Assembly: GCF_036321535.1 (NCBI RefSeq) | Contig: NC_087436.1 | Location: forward strand, 105,588,001 to 105,652,000 | Direction of reading: 5' to 3' | DNA length: 64,000 nt | From: Camelus dromedarius | Taxonomy: Eukaryota | In this document: piece by piece, positions 1 through 12,154 of the stretch | Position numbering within the stretch: the stretch's first letter is position 1 | Layout of the letters: every line of letters starts with the position of its first letter | Notes under the pieces: generated by a model | The model's database searches: none | Seen by the model: the letters and a program-made list of their open reading frames with translations, nothing else | What the model was told of the DNA's origin: nothing | Program-made: the position numbers and the translations under genes

Positions 1-77
1 TTTCTAATAAAAAATTTACATTGACTGGAGAGAATCTGATGAATTCCAGTAAGTCTGTCAAGCTGCATTTTTACAGC

Positions 78-80
<3 letters not shown>

Positions 81-112
<32 letters not shown>
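81..112. repeat. Poly(A) run, 32 nt
   Basis: Read directly from the sequence. Confidence 0.95.
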
Positions 113-114
<2 letters not shown>

Positions 115-391
115 GAGTTCAATGTCCTAAGCACTGGCTTTGTAGCTTTCAATACGGCATTTAGTTTCTGTCCCTTTAGGATTTAGTGTGGTGATGTGAG
201 CTTGGGCTCTGCATCCTTCCTGCCTGGGTTAGAGCCAGTGCCTTGCTGCATGACATAGGAAGGATTGGGGTGCAAGTGATAGACGTTCGAAACTTCTTAA
301 ACAATAAAGGGATCGATGCCCTCGCATAACCAGAAGCTGAGAGGTGGTGCGGGCCTTAGATGCTGCACAGTCATCATGACTTGTTCTCCCC

Positions 392-583
392 TCTGTACCA
401 CACTTGGCAAATAAAAATACAGGATACCCTGGTGAATTTGAATTTCAGGTAGACAATGAATACTTTTTAAGTATAAGAGTATGTCCCATGCAATATTCAG
501 TGCATACTTATGCTTAAACATTAATGGTTATTTATCTACAATTCAGATGGAACTGGGAAGCCTGTATTTTATCTGACGACTCT
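392..583. mobile_element. MER53-like palindromic hAT MITE
   Basis: aaataaaaatacaggataccctggtgaatttgaatttcag...cagatggaactgggaagcctgtattttatctg, with inverted arms about a central gtcccatgcaatatt. Confidence 0.75.
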
Positions 584-2745
584 ATCGCTGCGCCAATTTT
601 AACGTCAGCTTCCTCTTGAACTTAACATCAGCTTTCTTCTAAAGGCTGGTTCCCCAAACAGAAGAGGCAAAACACCCAGCCATGGAATATAAGTCCTTCC
701 CTCTGGTCTGATTGGGCCAGTATAGGATGTGCTCCCCTTTCTGGCTTACTAACATTCACCAAGGGGGTACTATACATTAACTGTCTTAATCACCAGGATA
801 GAAGGGATTCGGGAGTGAGCAGTGACACCCACCAAACTAATTGTGTGGCCTTGGGAAGAGTCTTTTGGGTGTGTGAGTCTCAGCATTCTCATCCACAAAG
901 TGGGAGTAAACATGGTGCCCACCATATAGTGTGGCTGTAAGGAATAAATGAGATAATGCAGGTAGAGTCTTCAGCACCGGGACCCTTTTTATTTATACTC
1001 GGCAGCTTGAAATAGTTGGGGCCAAAGAGGAAGTTCTTGGCTCAAAGGGCCTCAGAAAGGTTGGTTGAATAGCCACCTAGTGGGACAGAATTGCAGCCAG
1101 ACCTCAGGACCAGCTGCCACCAGGGCTCAGGTGCCCCCAGGTCTCTCCTCTGCCCTCAGCATTCTCTGTGTCAGCTGTAATTTCTTTTTGTGGACCTGTC
1201 TTCTCTGTGGAATGGGAAGCGTGGCTGCTGACCACATGAGAGCTGCAGACACCACATCTTGGACCGCTAGAAGAAAGCTGCTCCCTGGTCCCAGAGGAGA
1301 GTTCTCCCAGGCCAGGCTCAGGCTAGGGGCCCATTTCAGGGTCAGACGGGTATGGTCAGGCATCCTATAGATGCCAGGCAGCTTCTGCTGTTGTCATGTT
1401 GAAGAGATGGGTAGACCGAGCCTTAACCATCTGCTTTGGACACCTTCTTAAGACAGTCTTGGGGTGACAAGTGATAACCATAGCAGCCAGTAGTTTTGAG
1501 TGCACATTCTTGAGTGTCGGCCCTTGTGCCCAGCATCACACTGTGGACGATCCCATTGAATCTTCACACAGCCATGGGAGGTGGGGGCCATCAGACAAAT
1601 GAGGAAATCAAGGCCTGTGGCAGGCAAGTCAATTACACAAGGGGAATAACGTAATTGTTGACAGAGCCAGAGTTCAAAGTCCTGCAGTCCACTCAGAGCT
1701 CATGCTGGGAGCCAGCATGACTCGGTAAATATTGAACACCTCATGGGTGTCCTGTGCTAATTAGACACTAGGGACATAGGGTGAAAAAAGTCAGACCCAG
1801 ATCCCTGAGGGTGTGGACCTTGCATTGCAGTTTGGGTGACCAGACTTTGGGTGACCTCAGGGTTGGTTTCGCCTCTTGTCCCGGCATGGTTTGTTTTAGT
1901 GCCCCTTTCGCACTCCAGATTGTCTTGGTTTGGATGATTAATAGTATAGTCATCTTAATTCTGGTAGGGGTGCTCTGAGCAGACAATAAGCAAAACGATT
2001 AAAGTATATAGGATGTTAAATGGTAATAGGTGCTATGGAGAGGAAAACTAGAGGCCAAAGTCAAGGGAGGAATTCTGGCCGAGCAATGGAAGAAATGTCT
2101 TGATAAACAGTGAGGGAAAATAGCTCCAGTATTTGGAAAAATAATCTTACCTGTTTAAAAGACATGTTTTCAAGTGTTATTTACCTTTAGTTATTTATAA
2201 AGGCATGTGATGGTTTTTGGATGGGGGCAGGTGCTAAGATGCCCTCTTCATTAGCTCAGTGTGGGGAAGAAAATGCACCCTTAAATTTGCATGCACTGGT
2301 TACAGTGCAACTTTCCGTTTGGCCAGAAGCAGACTGCTTTGGCATCCATGTGCCAGTACTGGAAGGGAGAGGCGCAGTTACCTTCTTCACTTGTTCATCA
2401 GCAGAAAGAGAGGGTAGAAGCGTGCACCCTGACCTAGTATCGCCTTACATCGCGTATTTATCCCAGAGGCAAACAGTAGGTGAAGTATTTACCCCTCCAG
2501 CTGCAAAGTGAATGTACCTTGTGTGAGCAGAAGGCACGAAACGGGAACCAGCTGCCGGGGTAACAGATGGTACACGGGGGTCAGTGGATCCACATATTGG
2601 AAGAGGAGAAGATGCCGCATTGAGCACCTCGTTGCCTGTCGGCCTTGGAGCTGTGGCTCCCGTTTCTTGAGCTGAAGGAGGAATTTCTACAGACTCTTTC
2701 CCTGTTCATGTCTCAGCTCAGAAGGAGAGGTTACTGTGATCACTG

Positions 2746-3110
2746 TGTTATGGAGGAATGTTTATGTCCCCCCAAATTCGTATGTTGAAACCCTACTCCT
2801 CAGGGTGATGTTATGAGGAGGTAGGGCTTCTGGGAGGTAGTTTGGGAGGGATGAGCTCATGAGGGTGGAGTCTTCATGATGGGCTTCAGGGCCCTTGTAA
2901 GAGTCACGAGGAACTTGGCTTCTCTGTTCTGTTCTCCGTCATGTGAGGAAACAAGAGATGTGCGGCCTGGAAGAGGGCCCTCCCCAGAGCCTGACTGTGC
3001 CGGCACCCTGATCTCAGATCTCCAGCCTCTGAAACTATGGGAAATAAATGTCTGTTGTTTCTAAGCCCCCCAGTCTCTGGCATTTTGCTGTAGTCGCTCA
3101 AGCTGACTGT
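2746..3110 (+). mobile_element. MLT1A-type MaLR solo LTR
   Basis: tgttatgg...cccccaaattcgtatgttgaaacc...gagggtggag...ccagcctctgaaactatgggaaataaatgtctgttgttt. Confidence 0.8.
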
Positions 3111-3299
3111 AAATGTATTGAGGGTTCTTCTCAAATATAAGTAGAAATACCCCGTCTTCAGTCTTTGTGATGTTTTGTACTTTTCAGAGACCACGTGTGG
3201 ACACATGCATGAACGTAGGTGTCTGTGCACGTGTGTCACCTCCCGGCTGTCTTCTGAGGTCACACTGGCAAGTTAGGTCTCTCATAAAGTCTCAAGGCA

Positions 3300-3550
3300 G
3301 CGTCATGGTTGGCAGTAGATAAAAGCTCGGGTTCTGACATCCAATTATATGGATTCAAAGTTAATACTTCCACTTACTGGCTGGCTGACCTTAGGCAAGT
3401 TGTGTAACCTTTCTGAGACTCAATTTCCTCCTCTCCAAAATGAACATAATAATGAGATATGTTCATAAAGTTTTTATGAGGAATTGGTGTGATGATGCTT
3501 CTAACGCTTGTTGCCTTGTACTCGGTGAGTGCTCAGTGGGTGTTGGCTAT
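3300..3550 (+). mobile_element. MIR SINE
   Basis: cttactggctggctgaccttaggcaagttgtgtaacctttctgagactcaatttcctcctctccaaaatg core. Confidence 0.7.
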
Positions 3551-5867
3551 TTTTTTTTTTACTTTTCCTATGGTCACACAGCAGGTTAATTGAGTAGGAC
3601 TGAAAAACCCAGATCTGTTGACTTGTAGTTCAATGTTCTAGTTCAGGGTTTTGTTCCAGATTTGACTCGTAGGCTGACTGAGCAAAGAAAAAGCATAGAC
3701 AATATTTAATCCAACCCATTTTGGAAGCTCAGAGATGAAGTGCTTTATCCAAAGTCCTCTGCTTAGAAGTGGCTGAGAACCAGAAACTGAGCTAGGAGTC
3801 TTTACCTGTTAAGCCAGGGTTCTCTCTCATGACACCGAATATCTGGCCATAATATCTTCCTCCTTTATTGTCTCCTCCTCACAGGACAGGACAGAACTTT
3901 CATGTTTGTAGTTCTAGAAATAATGGTTGTTGAGGCTGTCTTTTAGAACTTAGAATCCTTTTTAAAACAACTCAATTTCCAATGGCAAATCATCCGTTAA
4001 AAAAGCTGTGAAGAAATCGTGACAACAGTGATTTCGCTAATAGCTTCTCATGGGATATTGAAATGAAAATTTCTTCTTGATACTCCAGGCAGAACTGTAC
4101 ACAGAGCACCTCTCTTCAGTGCAGTGCGATATCACCGAAAGATCTCAGACGACCCTTTAAATATTTTTCTTTTGCTAAACAAGCAGTTCCTCCAAAGGAG
4201 ATAAAGGGGAATTTAAATTATCTTGGGTTAATATTTTTCTAAGACGGGATTCTTTGGGGTCACGGCAACGCATTTTCCCCCTTGCAAACTCTTCCTTGAA
4301 TAAACAATCAAACACATCTTTGTCTTCCCCTGTTTTGATTTCAAGTCAATGTACTGTGGGAGGTATTCCTCCTGGTCCAGGAGGGAGCCTTTGCTTTTTT
4401 CCCTTAAAAAGTCATGGCTTATTTAGATGGTGACATGTGCCAGGATGACAACCCTGGAGAAATCAGAGCACAGAGTGGCCCTCTGTGGGATGGGAGGCAG
4501 CCTTTTACTTCAGGAGAAACGTTTTCTTGGTCAATCTTATTATTGTCCCCAGTGACCACAAATCAGAGCAACTTTGTACATGCGTCCTGGTTTGATGCTC
4601 AGAACCCAAAACTTCCTTCAAATATCTCGAGTGCTTTGAGATGTTTCTTTTTATAACACTTTGAACAGTACGATTTTACTGTTACACCAGGGAAGCTGGG
4701 AAGAAATCCAGGGTTCAGCCTGCAGGAACCCCCCCCAAAATCATAATAACAGTAAATTCATTCTGAGCACTCCTGCTTCCTGCTTATAAGTGCTTCGGAT
4801 CCTTGCAACGATGTTTGCCGGGAAGGTGAGAGCACCCCCCAATTTATAGATGGAGACATTTAGGCTCAAGGAGTCAGAACCTGGGAGCTATTAAGGGAGC
4901 CACTAATGGCCCCTTAGTGGGGCCAGCTGCAGCTGCAGAAGCATAATGGCCAAGATTAAGCAAACATTTATTTAAATAGTAACCTCCCAGACTTATTGAA
5001 GAGTGTTTGCCTGTGAGCCCGGAAATGCCTTCGTTCGCAAATGTGTTTTGAGATTATGAGGTGGGAGTAGGCTGCAGCAGCCAAAAAATGCATGTGGTCT
5101 AGGCGCTTGGGTGGTTGTTTTTTGTAAGCAAGAAAACTGTCACTGTGACAGAGGTCATCACTTTGGCAGTCGCTATGAATAGGGAGCCTTTGCTCAGCAA
5201 AGCAAGTTTCACTCTATTAACACAGGAGTCGCCGTAGACCAAAGCAGCAGAGTAGAAATTGCAATTAAATTTGCTATCAATCACACCGTTCAAGCACTCT
5301 TGACATTTCATCAAACTTTTTTTTTTTAACATATTCTTGCTTAATCGAGTACTTTACCCTACCGAAGGTGCGGGTTTAAAGGGTTCAGGGGTCAACACCG
5401 TGTAGTTGAGCAGCAGTTTCTAAATCTTGTCTCTCTCTTTTTCACACTTTTTTTTAATAACGTTTCGTGAGGAAGTGCCTGGGCCAAGGTTTTACCTGTC
5501 TCTCTCATTCTTTTTTTCCACCTCTCATTTTTGAATTCCAGTTTTGATATGTCAGCAAATTGAGGAGTAAATTATAGGATTCGCTAATATGCATAATTTT
5601 TACATCATGATGGAGGATGACGTTTCCACAGCTAAGTTACTGAAGTGCTGTGTATCTAGTAAATTACAAAGATTTTGGGATGACTTGAGGAACTGTAACT
5701 GGAATGTTGCCTTTCTCCCCTCCTGGTGGCTGAGCTGAGTTATTTAAGGACTCAGGAAAATGCGTGACCTTCTGCATTTTACTGCCCTTCCTGGTGTCTG
5801 GATAGCGCAAGACTGAAGGATTAATCTTAAACTTTTCATCGCTTTCTTTCATTTCATTTTTATCTTT

Positions 5868-6411
5868 TGGAGAGGAAAATCTTTTCCTCTACCCTCTTAG
5901 GTTCAGTGCATGGGGACCTGCAAATTTAACTGACAAACAATGGATTAATGGGAGAGAAAAAGCATACAATTTCATGAGCATTTTATGTGAACAGACGTGC
6001 ACAGACGTGCACAAAGAAGAAGTGAAACTCAAAGAAAGGCTTAGATTCAGGGGCTTATCTACCATTTCAATAAAAGAAAGGGGCTTGGACATCAAGGGAT
6101 GATAACCTTGTGGGAGAGTGATGAGGAAGTGTATGGGGAAACTAATGGAAGACAGGGTTATTTTAGTAAGGTTTGTTTCTGCAGACTCATCATGGTAACG
6201 ACTCTCCGTGTCTAGATCAGTTGCTCTTCTCTTCCAGGTACGGGAGAGGATGGGACATCCTCACGATGGGGAATTTATACCCTGTTTTTAGGCTGAATAG
6301 GGGAGAGAAGAGTATTCTCTGTATCTATTGATTCTCAGTTTCTTTCAGATCAAAATAATCCTCCTGGAAAAGGAGCATATTTGGGGGGTAGCATATTCTG
6401 AGCCCCTCGTA
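5868..6411 (-). mobile_element. ERV1-class solo LTR (MER34/MER39-like)
   Basis: The - strand begins ggggctcagaatatgctacccccaaatatgc...gattattttgatctgaaag; related to the element at 23772. Confidence 0.6.
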
Positions 6412-9249
6412 CCCAACTTTTCATTTCTTACATCAGGGAGAAGAATGGATTATAGTGGATCCTTTTCCCCCTATCTAAAAGATGTTGGGCTATTTCTTAC
6501 AACTGGTACCCTGAACTGCCTTCCTGATAAACCAGTATTGGTTACTTGATCATTGAAAATCAGGTTCCTTCACAGTGATTGTCGTTGCCAAATGTGATAT
6601 AGCATTTTAAAAATCTCCCATCCTGTCTTATAAGTTAAAAAAAATGTATTGCATCTATAGTGTAAACTTTGACATATTTTGTGGCGTTTGTAAGGAAATT
6701 TCAAACAGCGGTGGAGGCAGGACCTAGAGTTGAAGATGCAGTAGGACTTGACTTGAAGAAATGTAGAGGAACAGCTCCCCTTGCCTGGGTGACCAACCCA
6801 TCTGCCGCAGTGAGAATTTCTGCAAAATGGCAGAGAGGTTGGGGCGAGAGGCACACAGCTCTCTCAGCTCCCAGATCTCTGCTTTTGCAACAGCTGTCAG
6901 GATCTGTAGTCTCCATCTCTGTGCAGAGAGCATGTCTGTGAGCATCACTGTCCCCACACTAGGGCTGGCCTTGGCTGGATGCTTCTGCAGACATCAGTTG
7001 TAATTGGAGTTTGAGTTGTTCCTTGACAAAGGAAGATGTGTCTGAATGGAGGGCTATAATGTCCTTTCGGCCTCGGATCTCCCAGTATGTTTTCATCAAA
7101 TCTCTTTTCTCTCCCATCCCCATCACAATTTTAATAGATAAACTCTTAGCTAGAAAAACTGACTTTTATGCATATAGATTCTACAGTATACTGTGCTGTA
7201 TTCAGCATTCCACTATTATCAGAGCTAAAATGTCAACCTTTGAACGTCAGCCCTGGCTAGATCTGAATATTTAAAAAGAAGCTTCTTTTGAAACCTTTTC
7301 ATGTTTTTACTATTTGTGCTACTCCCAGCCCCAGAGATTTAGAGGAAATAATCTCTCGATTTCGTTTTCCTTCCCTATGAAATTCTTCCCAGTGTTAGAC
7401 AGTCTGACACTTTTTCCCTGACATTTCCTTTACATAGTGCGGCTATTCTAAACTGATGGTCACAGAGTCCTTCTCAATAACACAGAGACAAAACGCTCTG
7501 CATAGCTGATAAATTATAAGCAGGCGCCGCGTGTTAGCTTGATGGATTGTTATAGTGAATGTGTGTGAGTCATGGGTGTTATTTTTGGTCAAAAGAATAG
7601 TGTGAACTTTTCTCCTCTATTTTGAGTGCTTTGAAATGTACTACTTTCTTTCTTTCTGTCTTTTTCCTTTTTGTTCCTTAAGGTATATGTCAAGGAATTA
7701 GGCACCATATCAGAACAGTCATTTTCTAGTTTTCAAAGTTATTGTTTGAGAGTTGAGGAGGTGGAAGGACTGAATAGAAAAGAACTGTGTGTTGACAAGC
7801 CAGCCTATGAAATGTGAAAGAAAATTACAGTCACCTGCTTTAAAATGGGAGTCTCCCCCACCCTACCTTACCCCGGGGGTCAATTTGAAAGCTGGGGTAG
7901 ATTTACTGTGAATTCCCTTGGAAGGGATGTGTTTCTAATTAGCCATTGTTTTGCAGCCACTGGAGAAATGCTTGACTTTATTTTGGTAGATTTCTTTTCA
8001 GCCAGGCTGCAGAGTAAATAATGTTTGACAGTCACATCACTGGTCTCTGAATCGCTGTCTCCTAAAGCAGCCCTGTCCCCAGCTTCATGTATCACTGGAA
8101 CCTTTGATATATAACTGGGTGCCTGCCTTGCTCTAACATCCACATACCTAGGAGCATCACTGGGCTCAGTGCCAGGCTGCGAGCTGCTGTTTCTGGTCCA
8201 AGACAAGTGCAGACATTGAGAATAAGCATTCAGAAACTTTTCATAGCAGTCTGACAGCATGATTTTATGTCAGCTGAATCTAACAAACACTTGGGACCTT
8301 GATGTGTTCTTCAATTCTTTTTTTCCTAGTAATTGATTTCTGTCGTATTTTGCACAAGCACTCATCTGTGACAGACTGGAGGTGGACGCCTTTCACCACG
8401 GACATTTCGGGTTGTACTGGTTTACTGTTGTGCTCACACCGATGAGCGAACGTCAGGGTCTTTCTACTCACCTGAGGCTCAAGCCAACCATTATTGTTTC
8501 AAAAAGGGAAGGTCAGGGCTGTTGCAGATTTTTTTTTTTTAATCTTTTGTTAACTTTTCACTGATGCTTTTACAAACATTTCCTTCCGAACATCTCTTCC
8601 ACTATTTAAGGAAAGGCAGCTCCTGTGCAGGTGGATTTTGCTGTGTCTTCGGCAGATGGGGTGCTGAGATGCCGTGTGCAAGCCAGCTCTTCCTGCCGCG
8701 CCTCCACGCCAGTCCCTCCGGCCAGCCAGGGGAGCCTGTCCCTGCATCTGCTGGGGAGGGGTTGTGCTTGCTGAGCTGGTGTCTGGGAAGTGTTCTGGCG
8801 TTCCCTGGAGAGGCTGCCCACTTGTGATACCTTGTGCTGGAGAAGGAGAGGTGGAGGATGGAGGGGAGGAACCAGGAGAAGAAAATCAAGACTTGAACCA
8901 TCTCTCCACTTCACTGCAGTCCCTGGGGGTCAGCCTGCTCCAGTGGCCTTGAAGGGCTTTCAAAAATGGAAGGCTTGCGATGGGAAGGGGAGAGGGAGAG
9001 AAAGAAGCCAGTTGGTTGCCTTTGCCCCCACCTGGAACTTGCCCTGGGATATCCCCAAGGCTCACGCTCACTCTCTCTCCTTTTTCAAGTCTTGGTTTGC
9101 ATGTGGCCTCTCCAGTGATGCCTTCTGTGGCCTCTCCCCCGGCACACGCTCACCGCTTTGCCTGCTTTAGTTTCTCCATAGCGCTTATTACCCAACTCCT
9201 GGGCCATTGTTCATTTTATTGTAATATAATGTAATGAACATAATATCAT

Positions 9250-9380
9250 CTATTAAAATGTGAGTTTACTAAGGCAAGAGGCTTTGTCTGTATTGCTCAC
9301 TGCTGTATCTCCAGAGTCTAAAACAGTGCCTGACATGTAACAGGCACCCAATAAGTATTTGTGGTTTAAATGAAAGGATG
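9250..9380 (+). mobile_element. L2 3' end fragment
   Basis: gctcactgctgtatctccagagtctaaaacagtgcctgacatgtaacaggcacccaataagtatttg...tgaaaggatga. Confidence 0.7.
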
Positions 9381-9691
9381 AGTACGCAAAGGGCAGGATG
9401 ACAAGGAGCTGGCTGTGTCCAAGGAGCTGTGCGGCCAGTCACTGTCCACTGAGTGACTGAGTTGGAGCTCCTGGAAGGGCAGAGTCAAGGGGAGGTGACC
9501 AGCCTTCAACTAGTGCCTGCTGTATACCAAGCACTGTGGTAGGTGTCTGTCCTGTGTTCATTATGCAATTGAAGTGTCAAATCACCACATGAAGTGTGTA
9601 TGATTAGCTTCATTTAACAGGTGGGGAAACTCAAGAAGTTAAGAAACTCACCCAAGCTCACCCAGCCCAGGAAGAGGCAGAATTGGGATCC

Positions 9692-9750
9692 ACCTTAGTC
9701 TTCTGATTCCAACTTAGTCTGTCTGGTTCCAACTTAGTCTATCTGATTCC
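9692..9750. repeat. Three tandem copies of a 19-20 bp unit (aacttagtctntctgattcc)
   Basis: Units at 9692-9710, 9711-9730 and 9731-9750, at the end of a MIR. Confidence 0.85.
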
Positions 9751-10117
9751 TTTGGGAGAAACTGCCAAAATAGTCAGTTGATCACAGTGTCTCTTGTCTC
9801 TTTGCTTTCCTGCCTATAAAATGGGGATTAACTTTCCTCATCCTTCACCAAATTTGTATCTGATGAGAATGGAAATCTGGGAAAATTAGAACACAGCTTT
9901 GCATGGTATGAGCTTTGCAAATAAGCGGTTGAGAATTAGATCACATTACTGAGTAACGTTCACAAGTAAGTGAGTAGGAATCAGGCGCGGTTAAATTCAG
10001 CGGACAGAGATCAGTGGGGTTTCTATGCAAGGCTGTGTGTCAGGCACTCGTTTCAGTATTTTATTATTTCAGATACTTCCCTAGGTTGAGACCACAACTC
10101 CCAGACTCAGCATATTA

Positions 10118-10685
10118 TCCTTCATTTAAGAAATACTTATGGAGTATCCACTAGGTGCTTGAGGTAGACCATAGAGAGAACAAATTTCCTCACCCTTCAT
10201 GGAACTTCTGTCTTAGTAAGAAGAGAGAGGGGAGATAAACAGTAGGCAATAAACATATGTAAACATATGGCAATAAACCATGAAGTAAATCACACAGTAT
10301 GTGAAAAGATGGCAAGTTCTATGGAAATAAAAAGTAGGGTAGGGGAAGGGGGCTGGGAGTTCAGGGGGGAGGTGGGCAGGCTGCAGTAGGAGACAGAGTG
10401 GTCCAGGTGAGCCCCTTTCAAACGGTGAGCTTTGAACAAAGACCTGGAAAAGGTGAGGGAGTGAGCCAAGAGGTGTTCTGCAGGGAGAGCATTCCAGTTC
10501 TGGAGGGAGAGAACAGTGAGAGAGAGCAGCGTTGAGATGGGCTCACGCCTGGAGTATGTGGGGAACAGCCGGGAGCTTGGGGGGAGCTGAATGGGGGGGC
10601 TGCCTAGACCGTGGAGACACTGAGTATCCCGGTGGATGGGACGTGGGAGATGAGATAAAGCGAGGAGTCAAGGATAAGCCAAGGT
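10118..10685 (-). mobile_element. L2 fragment
   Basis: ttcatttaagaaatacttatggagtatccacta...tttgaacaaagacctggaaaaggtgagggagtgagcca...gggagagcattccag; boundaries approximate. Confidence 0.6.
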
Positions 10686-12031
10686 CTAACCTTTATATTC
10701 TTTCGCTTGTATTCCCCTTGATCACCTAACATGACTGAGTATTCCTGAAGGCATTAGCATTGAAGTCTTTGGAGGTTTAGCCCCTCCAGCTGCACTTGTC
10801 CATAATGTCTCTGGATTTGGGTTTCTTCAGCTATTACATGAAGGGAGTCTAAAAGATGACTTCAAAATTCCCCCGTAGGACTGTTTCTGAAAGTTTCCTT
10901 TTCAGGAGTCAGATTCCAGTTGCTTGCTGGCTTCCCTCCCTGCTTCCTTCCTTCACTTATTCATCTTGAGTCTTTAAAACAGTTGCTGGAACACGAGCAC
11001 TTCCTGGAGCAGTGTACGCAGGTGCTGAGGAGGGAGGAGAAAGCATCTCTGCCTTTCGATAACTCATTTCTTTGTGCTGAGGTTAGATAAGAGCGCAATA
11101 AGCAAGGGAAGAATTAGAGCAAATTAGCAGAATTCAGGTAGTATGGAAAAGACACCATGGGAGGCGAAGTGGAATAGTAAGCTACAGGCTTGAGTGGATC
11201 AAAGCATGTCTACAGTTTGGCAGCATAAGCAAATTCAGGTTCAGGGAACCCGAGAAGGGGTGGGAGGGTGGTAAAGGGTGCTCACGTGCTCTGGGGAGAC
11301 AGCCGTGATGTGTAGGTGAAGCTGGATTGAGGTGGGGGCATTGCCTGGTGGGTAGCTGCCCACATGGGCCAGGGGATGTGGTCTGAGCAGAAGGAGATCT
11401 TAAGAAAGGGATGACACCATGAAGATGGGACTGGAAGGTGCTCACCCTGCTTGTTCGGTACTATGGGAACTAGAACAGGGGAAGAAGGAGGTGAGAAAAC
11501 CAGCCCAGGAGACTGTTGAATTCCCTCTGGATCCTGATTTCTGAAGTCCTGACACCTCACTGGTCTCTTCTCTGGCTGCCTCCTCTGTGATCGAAATTCT
11601 GGACATTGGGTTGGCAAAGACACATTCATGAAACAAGATCTATTTGAAGGAAAAAAAACACACAAACAGGAAAATGAAACCTTTCCTATATTATTGGCCC
11701 AAATGTTAGAATTGAACTCTGTGTCCACTTTCAAGAGTTTAAGTGAAGAGCCCTTAATTTTTTTTTTTAAGTTGAATATGATCAACTCCTCCATCACCTG
11801 TCTGTGATTCATTCTGGAAACAAAAACATCCCCAAACTGAGGTTCATGGCCAACTCTGTTTCTCCCCATGCAGTTGTAGTGGTGTGATTTGCACACTTGC
11901 TGTTCATATATGCACATACTCTAATGGGCTTTATGTGGTTAAGCTGGACTTGGATGCCAGCCGCCATGAGCCTGATAAAGCCACACATTTCTCTACTCCT
12001 CGGTTTCTGATTGTATTTCATAATGTGTTGA

Positions 12032-12154
<123 letters not shown>

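Noticed and set aside
9692..9750. Short direct repeats resembling a CRISPR-like array (also 41989-42131)
   Set aside because: Head-to-tail units with no unique spacers, in a mammalian intron; ordinary tandem duplications.
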